From assembly GCA_963677595.1 (NCBI GenBank), contig OY782041.1, forward strand, positions 3,360,001 to 3,424,000: a stretch of DNA of 64,000 bases, read 5' to 3'. Below, in pieces: positions 1-9,940 of this stretch; positions within the stretch are counted from its first letter, which is position 1; each line of letters opens with the position of its first letter. The position numbers and the translations under genes were made by a program. The notes beneath the pieces are model-generated. The model was not told the DNA's origin. It saw nothing but the letters and a program-made list of their open reading frames with translations, and made no database searches. This DNA is from Spirochaetia bacterium (GTDB lineage Bacteria > Spirochaetota > Spirochaetia > CAKZLE01).

Positions 1-1290
1 GCAGAGCTGCTCAGCCAGGTGCAGAACCTCAAGAGCATGATCCCGGATGACTACCCCTTCTACCAGGACCCTGTGGAACTGCAGAAGCATGAGATTTACG
101 CCCTGCTGCACTCCTACCTGGGCCTGATCGATGAGGCGATCGAGCAGAAGCGGGGCAGGGCGATCAGCGAGTATACCCGGCTCTACGAGGAGATGGGCAT
201 CCTGAGTGACTATATCGAGGAGCAGATAGACAATCTCTCCCTCTACGGTTTCCGTGAACAGCTCTCCTCCTATGAGCGGGTGATCACGATCTCGAGGCAG
301 CTGCAGTTCTGGAACCTGCTGGTGATCATCTTCGCCTTCATCTGGGCGATCACCTGGATGATGAGCTCACTCAACCGGGTGACCGGCCCGATGCACCGCC
401 TCTCGGAGATGGCAGGGGAGCTTGCTGGAGGAGACTTCTCCATCGACGATATCGACACGGCCGAAGTCTCCATCGTCGAGCTGAAGAAGGTCTTCGAGGC
501 CTTCAACCAGATGAAACATGACATCAGGCAGAATATCGATGACCTGCAGGACCAGAAGCGTATCGAACAGGACTACCTCAACGAGAAGCTCAGGAACCTG
601 AAGATGGAGCAGCTGCTCAAGCGGATGGAACTCTACACCATGCAGGCTCAGATGAACCCCCATTTCCTCTTCAATACCCTCAATACGGGGGTGCAGCTGG
701 CGATCCGTGAGGACGCGGATGACACAGCGGAGTACATGGAGAACCTCGCGCTCTTCTTCCGCCACAACATGCGAGAGCGCAAGCTCTTCGTGCCCCTCTC
801 CCATGAGATCGAGGGGCTGAAGTCCTACTTCTACATCCTGGGTATCAGGTTCCCCAAATCACTCGAGATCAAGCTGGAGATCGCCCCGTCGGTCTCTGAG
901 GAGATCCGGCTCGGGACGGGAAGCAGCTGCCTGATCCCTGCCATGATCCTGCAGCCTATCGTGGAGAACTCCGTCGTGCACGCCTTCAAGGGCATAGATC
1001 GCAAGGGGGAGATCCTGGTGCATGTCTGGGAAGAGGCAGAGAGGATCTGCTTCTCTGTCAAGGATAATGGGATCGGGATCGAGAAGGAGACCATGGATAA
1101 CCTGCTCAAGACCGTCGGCAGGACCACCGAGTTCGGGGCGAAGATCATGGGACTCGAGAACGTCATCCAGCGGCTCCACTTCTTCTATCCTGAGAAACCG
1201 GACATCATCACCATCATCAGTGAGCCCGGGAACGGGACCGAGGTCCGGATCACCATCGACAGGGAGGTCGAGCCGTGTATAACGTTCTGA
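1..1290 (+). CDS. YesM/LytS-type sensor histidine kinase (5' end outside window)
   Basis: Frame open from base 1; TM helix, HAMP, QAQMNPHFLFNTLN H-box, LQPIVENSVVHA, DNGIG and GNGT HATPase motifs. Confidence 0.92.
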   Translation, partial: AELLSQVQNLKSMIPDDYPFYQDPVELQKHEIYALLHSYLGLIDEAIEQKRGRAISEYTRLYEEMGILSDYIEEQIDNLSLYGFREQLSSYERVITISRQLQFWNLLVIIFAFIWAITWMMSSLNRVTGPMHRLSEMAGELAGGDFSIDDIDTAEVSIVELKKVFEAFNQMKHDIRQNIDDLQDQKRIEQDYLNEKLRNLKMEQLLKRMELYTMQAQMNPHFLFNTLNTGVQLAIREDADDTAEYMENLALFFRHNMRERKLFVPLSHEIEGLKSYFYILGIRFPKSLEIKLEIAPSVSEEIRLGTGSSCLIPAMILQPIVENSVVHAFKGIDRKGEILVHVWEEAERICFSVKDNGIGIEKETMDNLLKTVGRTTEFGAKIMGLENVIQRLHFFYPEKPDIITIISEPGNGTEVRITIDREVEPCITF

Positions 1291-2780
1291 TCGTCGACGA
1301 TGAAGAACCTGTATTGGACAGCTATGAGCACATGCTCTCAAGACGAGAGGATATGGTCCTCTGCGGCAAGGCCCGTACCGGGCTCGAGGCCCTGTCAGTC
1401 GTCCAGTCCACACATCCTGACCTCGTGCTCATGGATATAGGCATGCCGGGGATCGACGGGCTCAAGACGATCGAGGAACTGCAGAAGCAGTACCCGGAAG
1501 TCCTCTATGTCGTGTCGACGGCCTACGAGCGGTTCGATATCGCGAAGCGGGCGATACCGCTCGGCCTCTTCCGCTACCTTGTGAAGCCGGTCTCGAAACG
1601 GACCTTCTTCCGGATGCTCGATGATGCGAAGAACGAAATTGATATGAGGAGGAGGAAGGTCGTCTCCCACATGGATGACCTCAAGAAGGCTGCCGATATC
1701 CACGCATGGGAGCAGAAGAACTTCCTCTCCCTGATCAGCTGGAAGACTCTGGATGAGGGTGAATGGCAGCAGTACCGGGAACTCTTCCACCTGAACGGAG
1801 ATTCAGCCATGGTCTGCATGGTCTCGACCAGCGGGTATGACGAGGTCTCCGGGATCTATGAGACGCTCGTGAATCAGCTCCGGTACAAATACCAGATCCT
1901 CTCGACGGAGTCCCTCGGAAAGCTCATGATCCTCATCTTCGACGGTGATTCCGCGACCAGGGTCGAGCATGCCGTCACGCAGGTCGCCAGGGCCGCATTC
2001 CCTGAAGGGCTGCACTATACCCTCGGGTTCGGTTCGATGCAGCGGTATGACCGCCTCCTCGATTCCTTCCGGGAGGCACTCTCCTCCATCGATGCGGAGG
2101 TCTTCGATGCCGGGGAACTGAAGGAGGAGGGGCTCCTGCTCAAGGAGCTGCGCAGCTCAGTGGCCAGGCTCGATGACCTCTCACAGATACAGGAGCGCTT
2201 CGAGAAGGTCTCGGACCTCTATCTCCTGCGGGGCTCCTTCGATATCGCGAAGGGGAAGCTCATCAGGGTCTTCACCCTCCTTTTCGATGATATGGAGTCG
2301 GTCCTACCCGGGCCCGGGGTCAGGCAGGTCCCGTTCGACTTCATCCGGGAGATCGGGCAGCTCGCAGACAGGAATGAGTGGATGCTCTGGTCGGAGCGGA
2401 TGCTCTCCTTCATCCTCGAGCGGTCGAAACTCTACCGGATGGAACATCGTCCCCTGCCGCTGCGCAGGGCGATAGCCTACCTGGGTGAGTATTACCGGAA
2501 GCCCCTGCAGCTCACAGAGGTCGCCGATACCTGCGGGGTCTCCCCATCCTACCTGAGCAGGCTCTTCTCAGACCACATGAAGAGTTCCTTCATCGACTAC
2601 CTGACCGGAGTGAGGATACAGCAGGCAAAGCAGCTGATGAAGGCAGGGGGGCACTCCATCAAGGAGATCTCCTATGACGTGGGGTACCAGGACCCGAACT
2701 ATTTCAGCAAGATCTTCAGGAAGTTCTGCGGGATCTCCCCGACGCAATATCAGAAGAACAAGGGGGAAACAGATGACTAG
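1275..2780 (+). CDS. YesN-type response regulator (REC + AraC HTH)
   Basis: VLIVDDE...DLVLMDIGMP receiver; C-terminal SYLSRLF...VGYQDPNYFSKIFRK; overlaps kinase. Confidence 0.93.
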   Translation: MYNVLIVDDEEPVLDSYEHMLSRREDMVLCGKARTGLEALSVVQSTHPDLVLMDIGMPGIDGLKTIEELQKQYPEVLYVVSTAYERFDIAKRAIPLGLFRYLVKPVSKRTFFRMLDDAKNEIDMRRRKVVSHMDDLKKAADIHAWEQKNFLSLISWKTLDEGEWQQYRELFHLNGDSAMVCMVSTSGYDEVSGIYETLVNQLRYKYQILSTESLGKLMILIFDGDSATRVEHAVTQVARAAFPEGLHYTLGFGSMQRYDRLLDSFREALSSIDAEVFDAGELKEEGLLLKELRSSVARLDDLSQIQERFEKVSDLYLLRGSFDIAKGKLIRVFTLLFDDMESVLPGPGVRQVPFDFIREIGQLADRNEWMLWSERMLSFILERSKLYRMEHRPLPLRRAIAYLGEYYRKPLQLTEVADTCGVSPSYLSRLFSDHMKSSFIDYLTGVRIQQAKQLMKAGGHSIKEISYDVGYQDPNYFSKIFRKFCGISPTQYQKNKGETDD

Positions 2781-3846
2781 AAGGGTAGTGCTCATGCTGC
2801 TGATCACTGCAGTACTGCTAAGCGGCTGCAGGGAGGAGCAGTCAGTCTCACTGGCAGGCAGGAGCAGCCGTACCGCCGAAGACTCTCCGGACAGCCTGAG
2901 GATCGGATTCTCCATCGCCACGGACACCTTCATCATCGAGCGCTGGAACAAGGATATAAAGATCTTCACCGAGGCTGCGAAGAGCCTCGGTGCCGAGGTC
3001 ATCATGCAGCTCTCAGCAGGGGGGACGCAGGCGCAGATCGAGCAGATCGAGTACCTGCTCGGCCGCGACATAGACGTCCTCGTCGTCCTCGCCCATGATA
3101 CCGACCTCCTCTCAGGGGTCATCAAGTCGGTTCATGACAAGGGGATCCCGGTCATCTGTTATGACCGGCTGATCCAGGGGGTACCGGTAGATGCGTATAT
3201 CTCCTTCGACAACTACCAGGTCGGGCGTCTCTTCGGGCAAGCCCTCACCGAGGCGGTTCCGGCGGGGAACTACCTGATCATCAACGGGTCGGTGAAGGAT
3301 GACAACAGCTATAAGGTCAATGACGGCCTGCATGAGGTGATCGACCCCGCTATCGAGACGGGAGATATCCAGCTCGTGGAGGAGATCTGGCTCGAGGAGT
3401 GGAGCTCGGACGAAGCGACGGAGCGGGTGAGGGAGGTGCTCGAGCGCACCACGGACATAGACGCGATCTCAGCGGGGAACGACCAGCTTGCCAACGCAGC
3501 GATCAGCCTTCTCGCCGAGCTGAGGATGGCAGGGGATGTGGCCGTGGTGGGGCAGGATGCCGACCTGCTCTCCTGCCAGCGGGTGATCGAGGGGCTGCAG
3601 CTCATGACTGTCTACAAGCCGATCGGGAAGCTTGCGACGAAGGCGGCAGAACTCGCGGTCGCGATGGCAAGGGGAGCTTCGCTTCCAGAGCCAGATGACT
3701 ACATGGATAACGGCAGCAATGAGCCGATTCCCTTCTTCCGGGAAGCGCCGGTAGCTGTCTACCGTGATACCATGGAGGATACCGTGATCAGGGACGGCTT
3801 CCACTCCTATGCCGACGTCTTTCGAAGCCTTCCAGCACAGCAGTAA
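2773..3846 (+). CDS. XylF-like sugar-binding lipoprotein
   Basis: ATG 2773 overlaps regulator end; lipobox LSGC; ERWNKD, YDRLI, SFDN, GQDAD, TVYKP motifs. Confidence 0.88.
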   Translation: MTRRVVLMLLITAVLLSGCREEQSVSLAGRSSRTAEDSPDSLRIGFSIATDTFIIERWNKDIKIFTEAAKSLGAEVIMQLSAGGTQAQIEQIEYLLGRDIDVLVVLAHDTDLLSGVIKSVHDKGIPVICYDRLIQGVPVDAYISFDNYQVGRLFGQALTEAVPAGNYLIINGSVKDDNSYKVNDGLHEVIDPAIETGDIQLVEEIWLEEWSSDEATERVREVLERTTDIDAISAGNDQLANAAISLLAELRMAGDVAVVGQDADLLSCQRVIEGLQLMTVYKPIGKLATKAAELAVAMARGASLPEPDDYMDNGSNEPIPFFREAPVAVYRDTMEDTVIRDGFHSYADVFRSLPAQQ

Positions 3847-3850
3847 TAAT

Positions 3851-3926
3851 TTGACATCAATATATTCCCTCTCTGGTGCTGGTTATTCGGCTTGATGTCA
3901 AGAATCACCAGAAGGTAGCAAGAATC
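3851..3926 (+). promoter_or_regulatory. Putative regulator sites upstream of chvE: 10-bp inverted repeat and CAAGAATC direct repeat
   Basis: TTGACATCAA 3851-3860 / TTGATGTCAA 3892-3901; CAAGAATC at 3899 and 3919. Confidence 0.5.
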
Positions 3927-3991
3927 TCCTCTTTCGAAGGTATGCACTTACCCATAATAATAAAGTATACCAATCAAAAAGAGGAGAAACC

Positions 3992-5086
3992 ATGAAAAAG
4001 ATTCTATTCACATCATTGATCCTGGTCCTGGCACTGGGAAGTCTCTTTGCACAGGGACAGACTGACCAGCTCGATATCGGGCTCGCTATGCCGGAGACCC
4101 ATGTAGAGCGATGGCAGCGTGACGGCGCTGAGCTGCTCGAATCAGCTACCGCCCTCGGCTACAAGGCTGAGGTTGCCTACGGCGATGCAGACCAGAGTGT
4201 ACAGAACAAGCAGATCGAGGACTTCATCACCAAGGGTGCTGACCTGATCATCATCGGTTCAGTCAACGAAGGTGTCGTCTCCGTCGTCAGCGACGCAGCA
4301 GACGATGATGTCATCGTCATCGCCTACGACCGGCTGATCACCGGATCAGATGATTACGACTACTACATCACCTTCGATAACTTCCAGGTTGGGAAGTTTC
4401 AGGGTATGGCTATCGAAGAGGCCCTCAGCCTCAAGAGCGCTACCTCTGCAGACCCGAAGTACATCACCCTTTTCGCAGGTTCGCCGACCGACAACAACGC
4501 CAACGTCTTCTTCGACGGCGCTATGTCGATCCTCCGACCCTATGTTGAGAAGGGCGTCGTGAAACTCGTCGGTCCGGCTCCGCTTGAGTCCTCAAGCCCC
4601 GACTTCACCAGGATCGCTACCGAGAACTGGAGGGCAGATGTTGCCAAGGCACGGATGGAGAACCTCCTCGGAAACGATGCGAAGAACGTGACCCTCGATG
4701 CTATCCTCGCACCGAATGACACCCTCGCACGGGCCATCATCGAAGCATGTATGACTGATGCCAAGTACAACACCGTAGCTACCCTCCCGGTCGTCACCGG
4801 CCAGGACGGCGAGGTTGCCTCGATCCAGTACATCAGGGACGGTAAGCAGTACATGACCGTATTCAAAGACACCCGAAGCCTCTCACAGGCAGCTGTCAAG
4901 CTCGCAGATGCCCTGCTCAAGGGCGAGACCCCGAAGATCGACGGTGCACGGCTCGATACGAGCTCCTACGACACCGGGAAGAAGGTCGTGAAGTCCTACC
5001 TGCTCGAGCCGGTCAATGTGACCAAGGATAACTACAAGGCTATCATGATCGACAGCGGCTACTATTCAGCAGACCAGATCAACTAA
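3992..5086 (+). CDS. chvE: ChvE-family multiple-sugar ABC substrate-binding protein
   Basis: SD GAGGAG; signal LFAQGQ; AMPETHVERW, YDRLI, TFDNFQVG, FAGSPTDNNA, VTGQD, TVFKDTR. Confidence 0.88.
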   Translation: MKKILFTSLILVLALGSLFAQGQTDQLDIGLAMPETHVERWQRDGAELLESATALGYKAEVAYGDADQSVQNKQIEDFITKGADLIIIGSVNEGVVSVVSDAADDDVIVIAYDRLITGSDDYDYYITFDNFQVGKFQGMAIEEALSLKSATSADPKYITLFAGSPTDNNANVFFDGAMSILRPYVEKGVVKLVGPAPLESSSPDFTRIATENWRADVAKARMENLLGNDAKNVTLDAILAPNDTLARAIIEACMTDAKYNTVATLPVVTGQDGEVASIQYIRDGKQYMTVFKDTRSLSQAAVKLADALLKGETPKIDGARLDTSSYDTGKKVVKSYLLEPVNVTKDNYKAIMIDSGYYSADQIN

Positions 5087-5123
5087 GGGCTGTGGACAGC
5101 ACACAGAGATAGTGAACTAACCA

Positions 5124-5148
5124 GACGGCCGCAGGTCTTGCGGCCGTC
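5124..5148 (+). terminator. Intergenic stem-loop after binding-protein gene (attenuator or mRNA stabiliser)
   Basis: GACGGCCGCA-GGTCT-TGCGGCCGTC perfect 10-bp stem, no U-tract. Confidence 0.6.
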
Positions 5149-5174
5149 GACTGCGAATAAGACCAGGAGTTATC

Positions 5175-6695
5175 GTGAGTGAGAATATACTAGAAGTACA
5201 GCATATTACCAAGGACTTCCCCGGTGTCCGGGCATTGGACGATGTGAGCTTCTCCGTGAAGCGTGGTGAGATCCACTGCCTTTGCGGTGAGAACGGTGCC
5301 GGGAAGTCGACGCTCGTGGGAGTCATGAGCGGTATATACGGCAAAGGGGAGTATGAAGGGGTCGTGAACTTCCAGGGGAAGGAATCGCACTTCAGGTCCA
5401 TTAGGGACAGTGAGGCTCTAGGCATGACAGTCATCCACCAGGAGCTGGCATTGAGTCCCTACCTGTCGATCTATGAGAATATCTTCTTAGGACACAGAAA
5501 ACAGCGATTCGGGGTCATCCGTTGGGATGACCTCCTGATCGAATCTAGACAATACCTCGACCGTGTTGGGCTCAAGGAGAGCCCGGAGACGATCGTGAGC
5601 AAGATGGGGGTCGGCAAGCAGCAGCTCGTCGAGATCGCGCGGGCCCTCTCGAAGAAGACAGAGCTGCTCGTCCTCGATGAGCCGACTTCGTCGCTCAACG
5701 ATGATGAGAGTGAGAAGCTGCTGAATCTCATCCTCGAGCTCAAGGCGCAGGGGATGACCTGCATCATGATCTCCCACAAGCTCAACGAGGTGCTCGAGGT
5801 TGCAGACTCAATCACCGTCCTGCGGGACGGGAAGTCGATCTGCACCTATGATACCAGGACCGAGGAGGTCACCAAGGCTAAGATCATCAAGGGGATGGTC
5901 GGCCGCGACCTGACGAACATGTACCCGCCGAAAACCCCGGCGATCGGGAATACCATCTTCGAGGTGAAGGACTGGACCGTCTACCACCCGGAGTACCACT
6001 CCCTCAAGGTCGTCGACAGCGCCTCCTTCTCCGTCCGCAAGGGCGAGATCCTCGCCTTCTGCGGGCCGATGGGAGCAGGACGGACCGAGCTCATGATGAG
6101 CATCTTCGGCAAGTCCTACGGGTCCTCCTGCACGGGGGAACTGTTCAAGGAGGGGAAGCCCCTGACGCTGAACTCGCCCCAGGAGGCGATAAAGAACGGG
6201 GTCGGCTATGTATCCGAGGACCGGAAGGACCTCGGACTCATCCTCATCCAGACAGTCAAGGACAATATCTCGAACTCGAGCCTCATGAAGCTCTCGAAGT
6301 TCGGGGTCATGGACTCCTACCGGGAGATCCGTGAGGCGGAGGCCTTCAAGGAGTCGCTGAACATCAAGACACCCACGATCATGCAGCTCGTGAGGAACCT
6401 CTCCGGGGGGAATCAGCAGAAGGTCGTCCTGAGCAGGTGTCTCCTCGCGGATCCTGAGATCTTCATCGTCGATGAACCGACGCGGGGCATCGATGTCGGG
6501 GCGAAGTACGAGATCTACACGATCCTCAACCGGCTCGCCGCAGAGGGAAAGAGCATCATCATGGTGACCTCCGAACTGCCGGAGGCACTGGGCATGGCCG
6601 ACAGGATCTACGTCATGAACGAGGGCGAGATCAAGGGAGAGCTGAGTCGCGAAGAGGCGACCCAGGAGAAGATTATGCATATGGCACTGGAATAG
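5175..6695 (+). CDS. gguA: Sugar ABC transporter ATP-binding protein (GguA/MmsA type, two ABC domains)
   Basis: GENGAGKST Walker A, LDEPT, LSGGNQQKV, DEPTRGIDVGAK. Confidence 0.9.
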   Translation: MSENILEVQHITKDFPGVRALDDVSFSVKRGEIHCLCGENGAGKSTLVGVMSGIYGKGEYEGVVNFQGKESHFRSIRDSEALGMTVIHQELALSPYLSIYENIFLGHRKQRFGVIRWDDLLIESRQYLDRVGLKESPETIVSKMGVGKQQLVEIARALSKKTELLVLDEPTSSLNDDESEKLLNLILELKAQGMTCIMISHKLNEVLEVADSITVLRDGKSICTYDTRTEEVTKAKIIKGMVGRDLTNMYPPKTPAIGNTIFEVKDWTVYHPEYHSLKVVDSASFSVRKGEILAFCGPMGAGRTELMMSIFGKSYGSSCTGELFKEGKPLTLNSPQEAIKNGVGYVSEDRKDLGLILIQTVKDNISNSSLMKLSKFGVMDSYREIREAEAFKESLNIKTPTIMQLVRNLSGGNQQKVVLSRCLLADPEIFIVDEPTRGIDVGAKYEIYTILNRLAAEGKSIIMVTSELPEALGMADRIYVMNEGEIKGELSREEATQEKIMHMALE

Positions 6696-6709
6696 AGCAG
6701 GAGAGATCG

Positions 6710-7906
6710 ATGGGAAACCCAAAAGATAAAACAAATACGACGTCATTCATGGAGCTGGCAAAGGGGAATATACGAAACTATTCCATGTTCATCATGCTGG
6801 CCCTCATTTTCATTGTCTTCAGTATCCTCACTGGGGGCGTCAACTTCACCTCGAGGAATATAACGAACATCTTCATACAGAACAGTTATATCCTCATACT
6901 TGCAGTCGGGATGGTGCTCGTCATCATCATCGGGAACATCGACCTCTCGGTCGGTTCGCTCAGCGCTTTCACAGGTGCCTTGAGTGCTATGATCTACAAC
7001 ACGGGGATCGGCCTGCTGCCGACGCTCCTGTTTACTGTCCTCATCGGTATCGGCGTGGGGTTCTGGCAGGGGTTCTGGATTGCCTATGCCCATATACCGG
7101 CTTTCATCGTGACCCTGTCGGGCATGCTCCTCTTCAGGGGGCTGACCTACATCATCACGCATGTCTCCCCGGTCTCGCTGGCTGACGACCATTTCAGGAC
7201 GATAACCTCCGGTTCTATCACAATCGATGGGTTCGAGGTCGGCGGTCTCCATCTGCTCCCCTTCATCGTGGGTGCGTTCATCGCCATCCTCTTCGTCATC
7301 TCCTCGCTGCACACACGCAGGAACAAGATGACGAGGAACTTCGATGTCCTGCCATTCAGGTACTTCGTCATGAAGCTGGTCTTCACGATCGTCCTGATCT
7401 TCCTGCTTGCCTGGAAGTTCGCCGACTACCGGGGTATCCCAACAGTCGTTGTGGTGCTTGCGATCGTGATCGCGATCTTCGTATTCATCACGAAAAATAC
7501 GGTCATCGGACGCTACATCTACGCAGTAGGAGGCAACGCGAAGAGCGCGAAGCTCTCCGGGATCAACGCCGAACGAGTCATCTTCACCGTCCATGTCATC
7601 ATGGGAGGGCTCACCGGCCTTGCAGGCTTGGTCTTCACCGGCTATATGAACTCAGCGCTCCCGCAGGCAGGGAACCTCTTCGAGCTTGATGCGATCGCAG
7701 CCTGCTTCATCGGCGGGGCTTCCGCATCCGGCGGTATCGGCACGATCATCGGGGCGATCACCGGCGCACTGGTCATGGGGGTCATCAACAACGGGATGTC
7801 CCTGATGAATATCGGGGCTGACTGGCAGTATGTCGTAAAGGCCCTCGTCCTGCTCTTCGCCGTCTACTACGACATCTATACCCGTAGGAAATCAGGTCTG
7901 GGCTGA
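6710..7906 (+). CDS. gguB: Sugar ABC transporter permease (GguB/MmsB type)
   Basis: IDLSVGS, IPAFIVTL, YAVGGN, FELDAIAACFIGG; multiple TM segments. Confidence 0.9.
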   Translation: MGNPKDKTNTTSFMELAKGNIRNYSMFIMLALIFIVFSILTGGVNFTSRNITNIFIQNSYILILAVGMVLVIIIGNIDLSVGSLSAFTGALSAMIYNTGIGLLPTLLFTVLIGIGVGFWQGFWIAYAHIPAFIVTLSGMLLFRGLTYIITHVSPVSLADDHFRTITSGSITIDGFEVGGLHLLPFIVGAFIAILFVISSLHTRRNKMTRNFDVLPFRYFVMKLVFTIVLIFLLAWKFADYRGIPTVVVVLAIVIAIFVFITKNTVIGRYIYAVGGNAKSAKLSGINAERVIFTVHVIMGGLTGLAGLVFTGYMNSALPQAGNLFELDAIAACFIGGASASGGIGTIIGAITGALVMGVINNGMSLMNIGADWQYVVKALVLLFAVYYDIYTRRKSGLG

Positions 7907-7925
7907 GATACCACTCACATCTTGC

Positions 7926-8801
7926 TCATACCTTCTGGTCTGCCGGGGTGGGAACACCCCGGCGTTTCTGTGTACAGACCCTCTCAGGTTGGAACTCAGG
8001 AATCGGCCCCCGGTAGGGGAGTCCCTTCTTCTTCAGGTCATGGGCCTTCCCCATATACCGGACTGCCTGTACCGGGCAGTAGTTATAGCAGCGCAGGCAG
8101 AGGACGCAGCCTCCCTTCGCGACGACCCTCCCGTCAATACGCTCAAGATTACCCACAGGACAGATCCTCACGCACCGCATGCACTTCGTACAGATATCCG
8201 GGTCGATCGAGACGTCATCCTGGTGTTTCGGCAGCCACTTCCGGTAGGGGCCCCGTTGGAGGATGCCGAGGAGGTAGGAGCCGTACTTGGAGCCCTGGCG
8301 TCTCGGTGAATCGGTCATGAGCCTGTCGCAGAAGCGTCCGATCCTCTCTTCAGCCTTCTTCAGGCGAATAGTAAGGGTATGCTCACTTGGCGGCCTGAAG
8401 GGGAATCCCGTCACGCTGATGTTGTCCGGCATCCTGATGTGTACTCCGGAGAAGATCTCCCAGCCCCTCGTGAGCAGTTCCTTCCGGTAGAGATAGGCCC
8501 CGTCCCCGGAGTAGCCCATCTGGGTGCAGAAGGTGAAGAGCCTGGCTGGGGAGGATCCCCGTTGGGGAAGGGTCTCTTCAAGGAACCGTTTCATCGGCTC
8601 GGGCATGTCCGAACCGTAGATGGGATAGCCGATCCCGATGAACGAGGAAGAAGAGACAAAGTTGGCTGTCTTCTCATCAGAGACCTGCTCGATACTGCTC
8701 ATGGATGCCTCATGCCCCGCAGCAGCAAGGGTCTCACAGATGCTCTTCGCGCACCACCAGGTGTTGCCGGTGCCTGAGAAATAGTATAGGTGTACCTTCA
8801 T
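7926..8801 (-). CDS. EFR1-family flavodoxin-like + 2x[4Fe-4S] ferredoxin
   Basis: YFSGTGNT N-terminus; CTKCMRCVRICP and CVLCLRCYNYCP. Confidence 0.88.
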   Translation of the reverse strand: MKVHLYYFSGTGNTWWCAKSICETLAAAGHEASMSSIEQVSDEKTANFVSSSSFIGIGYPIYGSDMPEPMKRFLEETLPQRGSSPARLFTFCTQMGYSGDGAYLYRKELLTRGWEIFSGVHIRMPDNISVTGFPFRPPSEHTLTIRLKKAEERIGRFCDRLMTDSPRRQGSKYGSYLLGILQRGPYRKWLPKHQDDVSIDPDICTKCMRCVRICPVGNLERIDGRVVAKGGCVLCLRCYNYCPVQAVRYMGKAHDLKKKGLPYRGPIPEFQPERVCTQKRRGVPTPADQKV

Positions 8802-8814
8802 GTGGTGTGCTCCA

Positions 8815-9885
8815 TCAGTCGGGGTATTCCCTTGGTTCTTCTATCCCCGTGATGATCCGGTAGGCACCGGCAGCCAGGGAATCCATCTCCCGGTCCCCGG
8901 GGATGACCTTCACCGGTGCGATGAAGGAGACCCGTTCCCTGATCCGGTCTGTCAGCCGGGTGAAGCGCGTGAGGTTCCCGGTGAGGATGACCGCATCGAC
9001 CTCTCCCGAGAGAGCCGCGGCTAGCGACCCGATCGCTTTTACTGTCTGGTAGGCAAGGGCGTCTATGACTGAGCGTGCATGATTGTCACCTGATAGGACC
9101 CGATGTTCCACCTCGTTCATGTCCGAGGTCCCGAGGTAGGCACGGACACCGCCTCTCCCCCTGATCAGGCGCCTGACCTCATCAGCAGTATACTCAGCTG
9201 AGTAACAGAGGTCAGCGAGCCTGAAGGAGGGGAGTGCCCCGGACCTCTCCGGGGAGAATGGTCCCTCGTCATCTGAGCAGATATCGACTGCCCTGCCGCC
9301 CTTGAGGGCACACAGGGAGATCCCGCCTCCGAGGTGGGCGACGATGAAGTTCGCACTGGTGAGTTCGAGCTGCATCTCATGCGCTGTTGCCATAGCAGCA
9401 GCCCGTGAGTTGAGCGCATGGAAGGTACTGACCCGCTCGATCTGCGGGAGACCCGAGAAGCGAGCGACCCCATCGAGCTCATCGATGGTCACGGGGTCGT
9501 AGATGTATGCCGGTAGGCCAAGATTATCGGCGATCGTTCGGGCAAGCAGTGCCCCGAGGTTCGATGCATGGTCCATGAGAGGATGCTCGGTAAGCCTCCT
9601 TACCATGAGGTCATTGACCGTGTAGCCGCCGGCAGCGACCGGCTTGAGGCCGGCACCGCCCCTGCCGATGACGCAGGAGAGACCTGAGGTGTCAGGATAC
9701 TCCTCATCCAAGAACTCCCTGACTGCCTGGAGCCGAAAATCGAGCTGGCTGACTGCGGTGGGGAACCGGTCGAGCTCCTCCCCCCTGTGGTGGAGTTTCC
9801 GGCAGAAGAGCTCCTTCCTGTCGCGGTAGATGGCGACATCGGTCGAGGTGCTGCCTGGGTTGATCACGAGTATGTCATAGCTCAT
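8815..9885 (-). CDS. buk: Butyrate / branched-chain fatty acid kinase
   Basis: ILVINPGSTST, GRGG, HASNLG, FHALN, VAHLGGGIS, GPFSPERSG. Confidence 0.93.
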   Translation of the reverse strand: MSYDILVINPGSTSTDVAIYRDRKELFCRKLHHRGEELDRFPTAVSQLDFRLQAVREFLDEEYPDTSGLSCVIGRGGAGLKPVAAGGYTVNDLMVRRLTEHPLMDHASNLGALLARTIADNLGLPAYIYDPVTIDELDGVARFSGLPQIERVSTFHALNSRAAAMATAHEMQLELTSANFIVAHLGGGISLCALKGGRAVDICSDDEGPFSPERSGALPSFRLADLCYSAEYTADEVRRLIRGRGGVRAYLGTSDMNEVEHRVLSGDNHARSVIDALAYQTVKAIGSLAAALSGEVDAVILTGNLTRFTRLTDRIRERVSFIAPVKVIPGDREMDSLAAGAYRIITGIEEPREYPD

Positions 9886-9940
9886 ATGCGATATCCTCTC
9901 CCTCCATTCTCCCGCAGGGAGACGTATCATGCAAGGGAAA

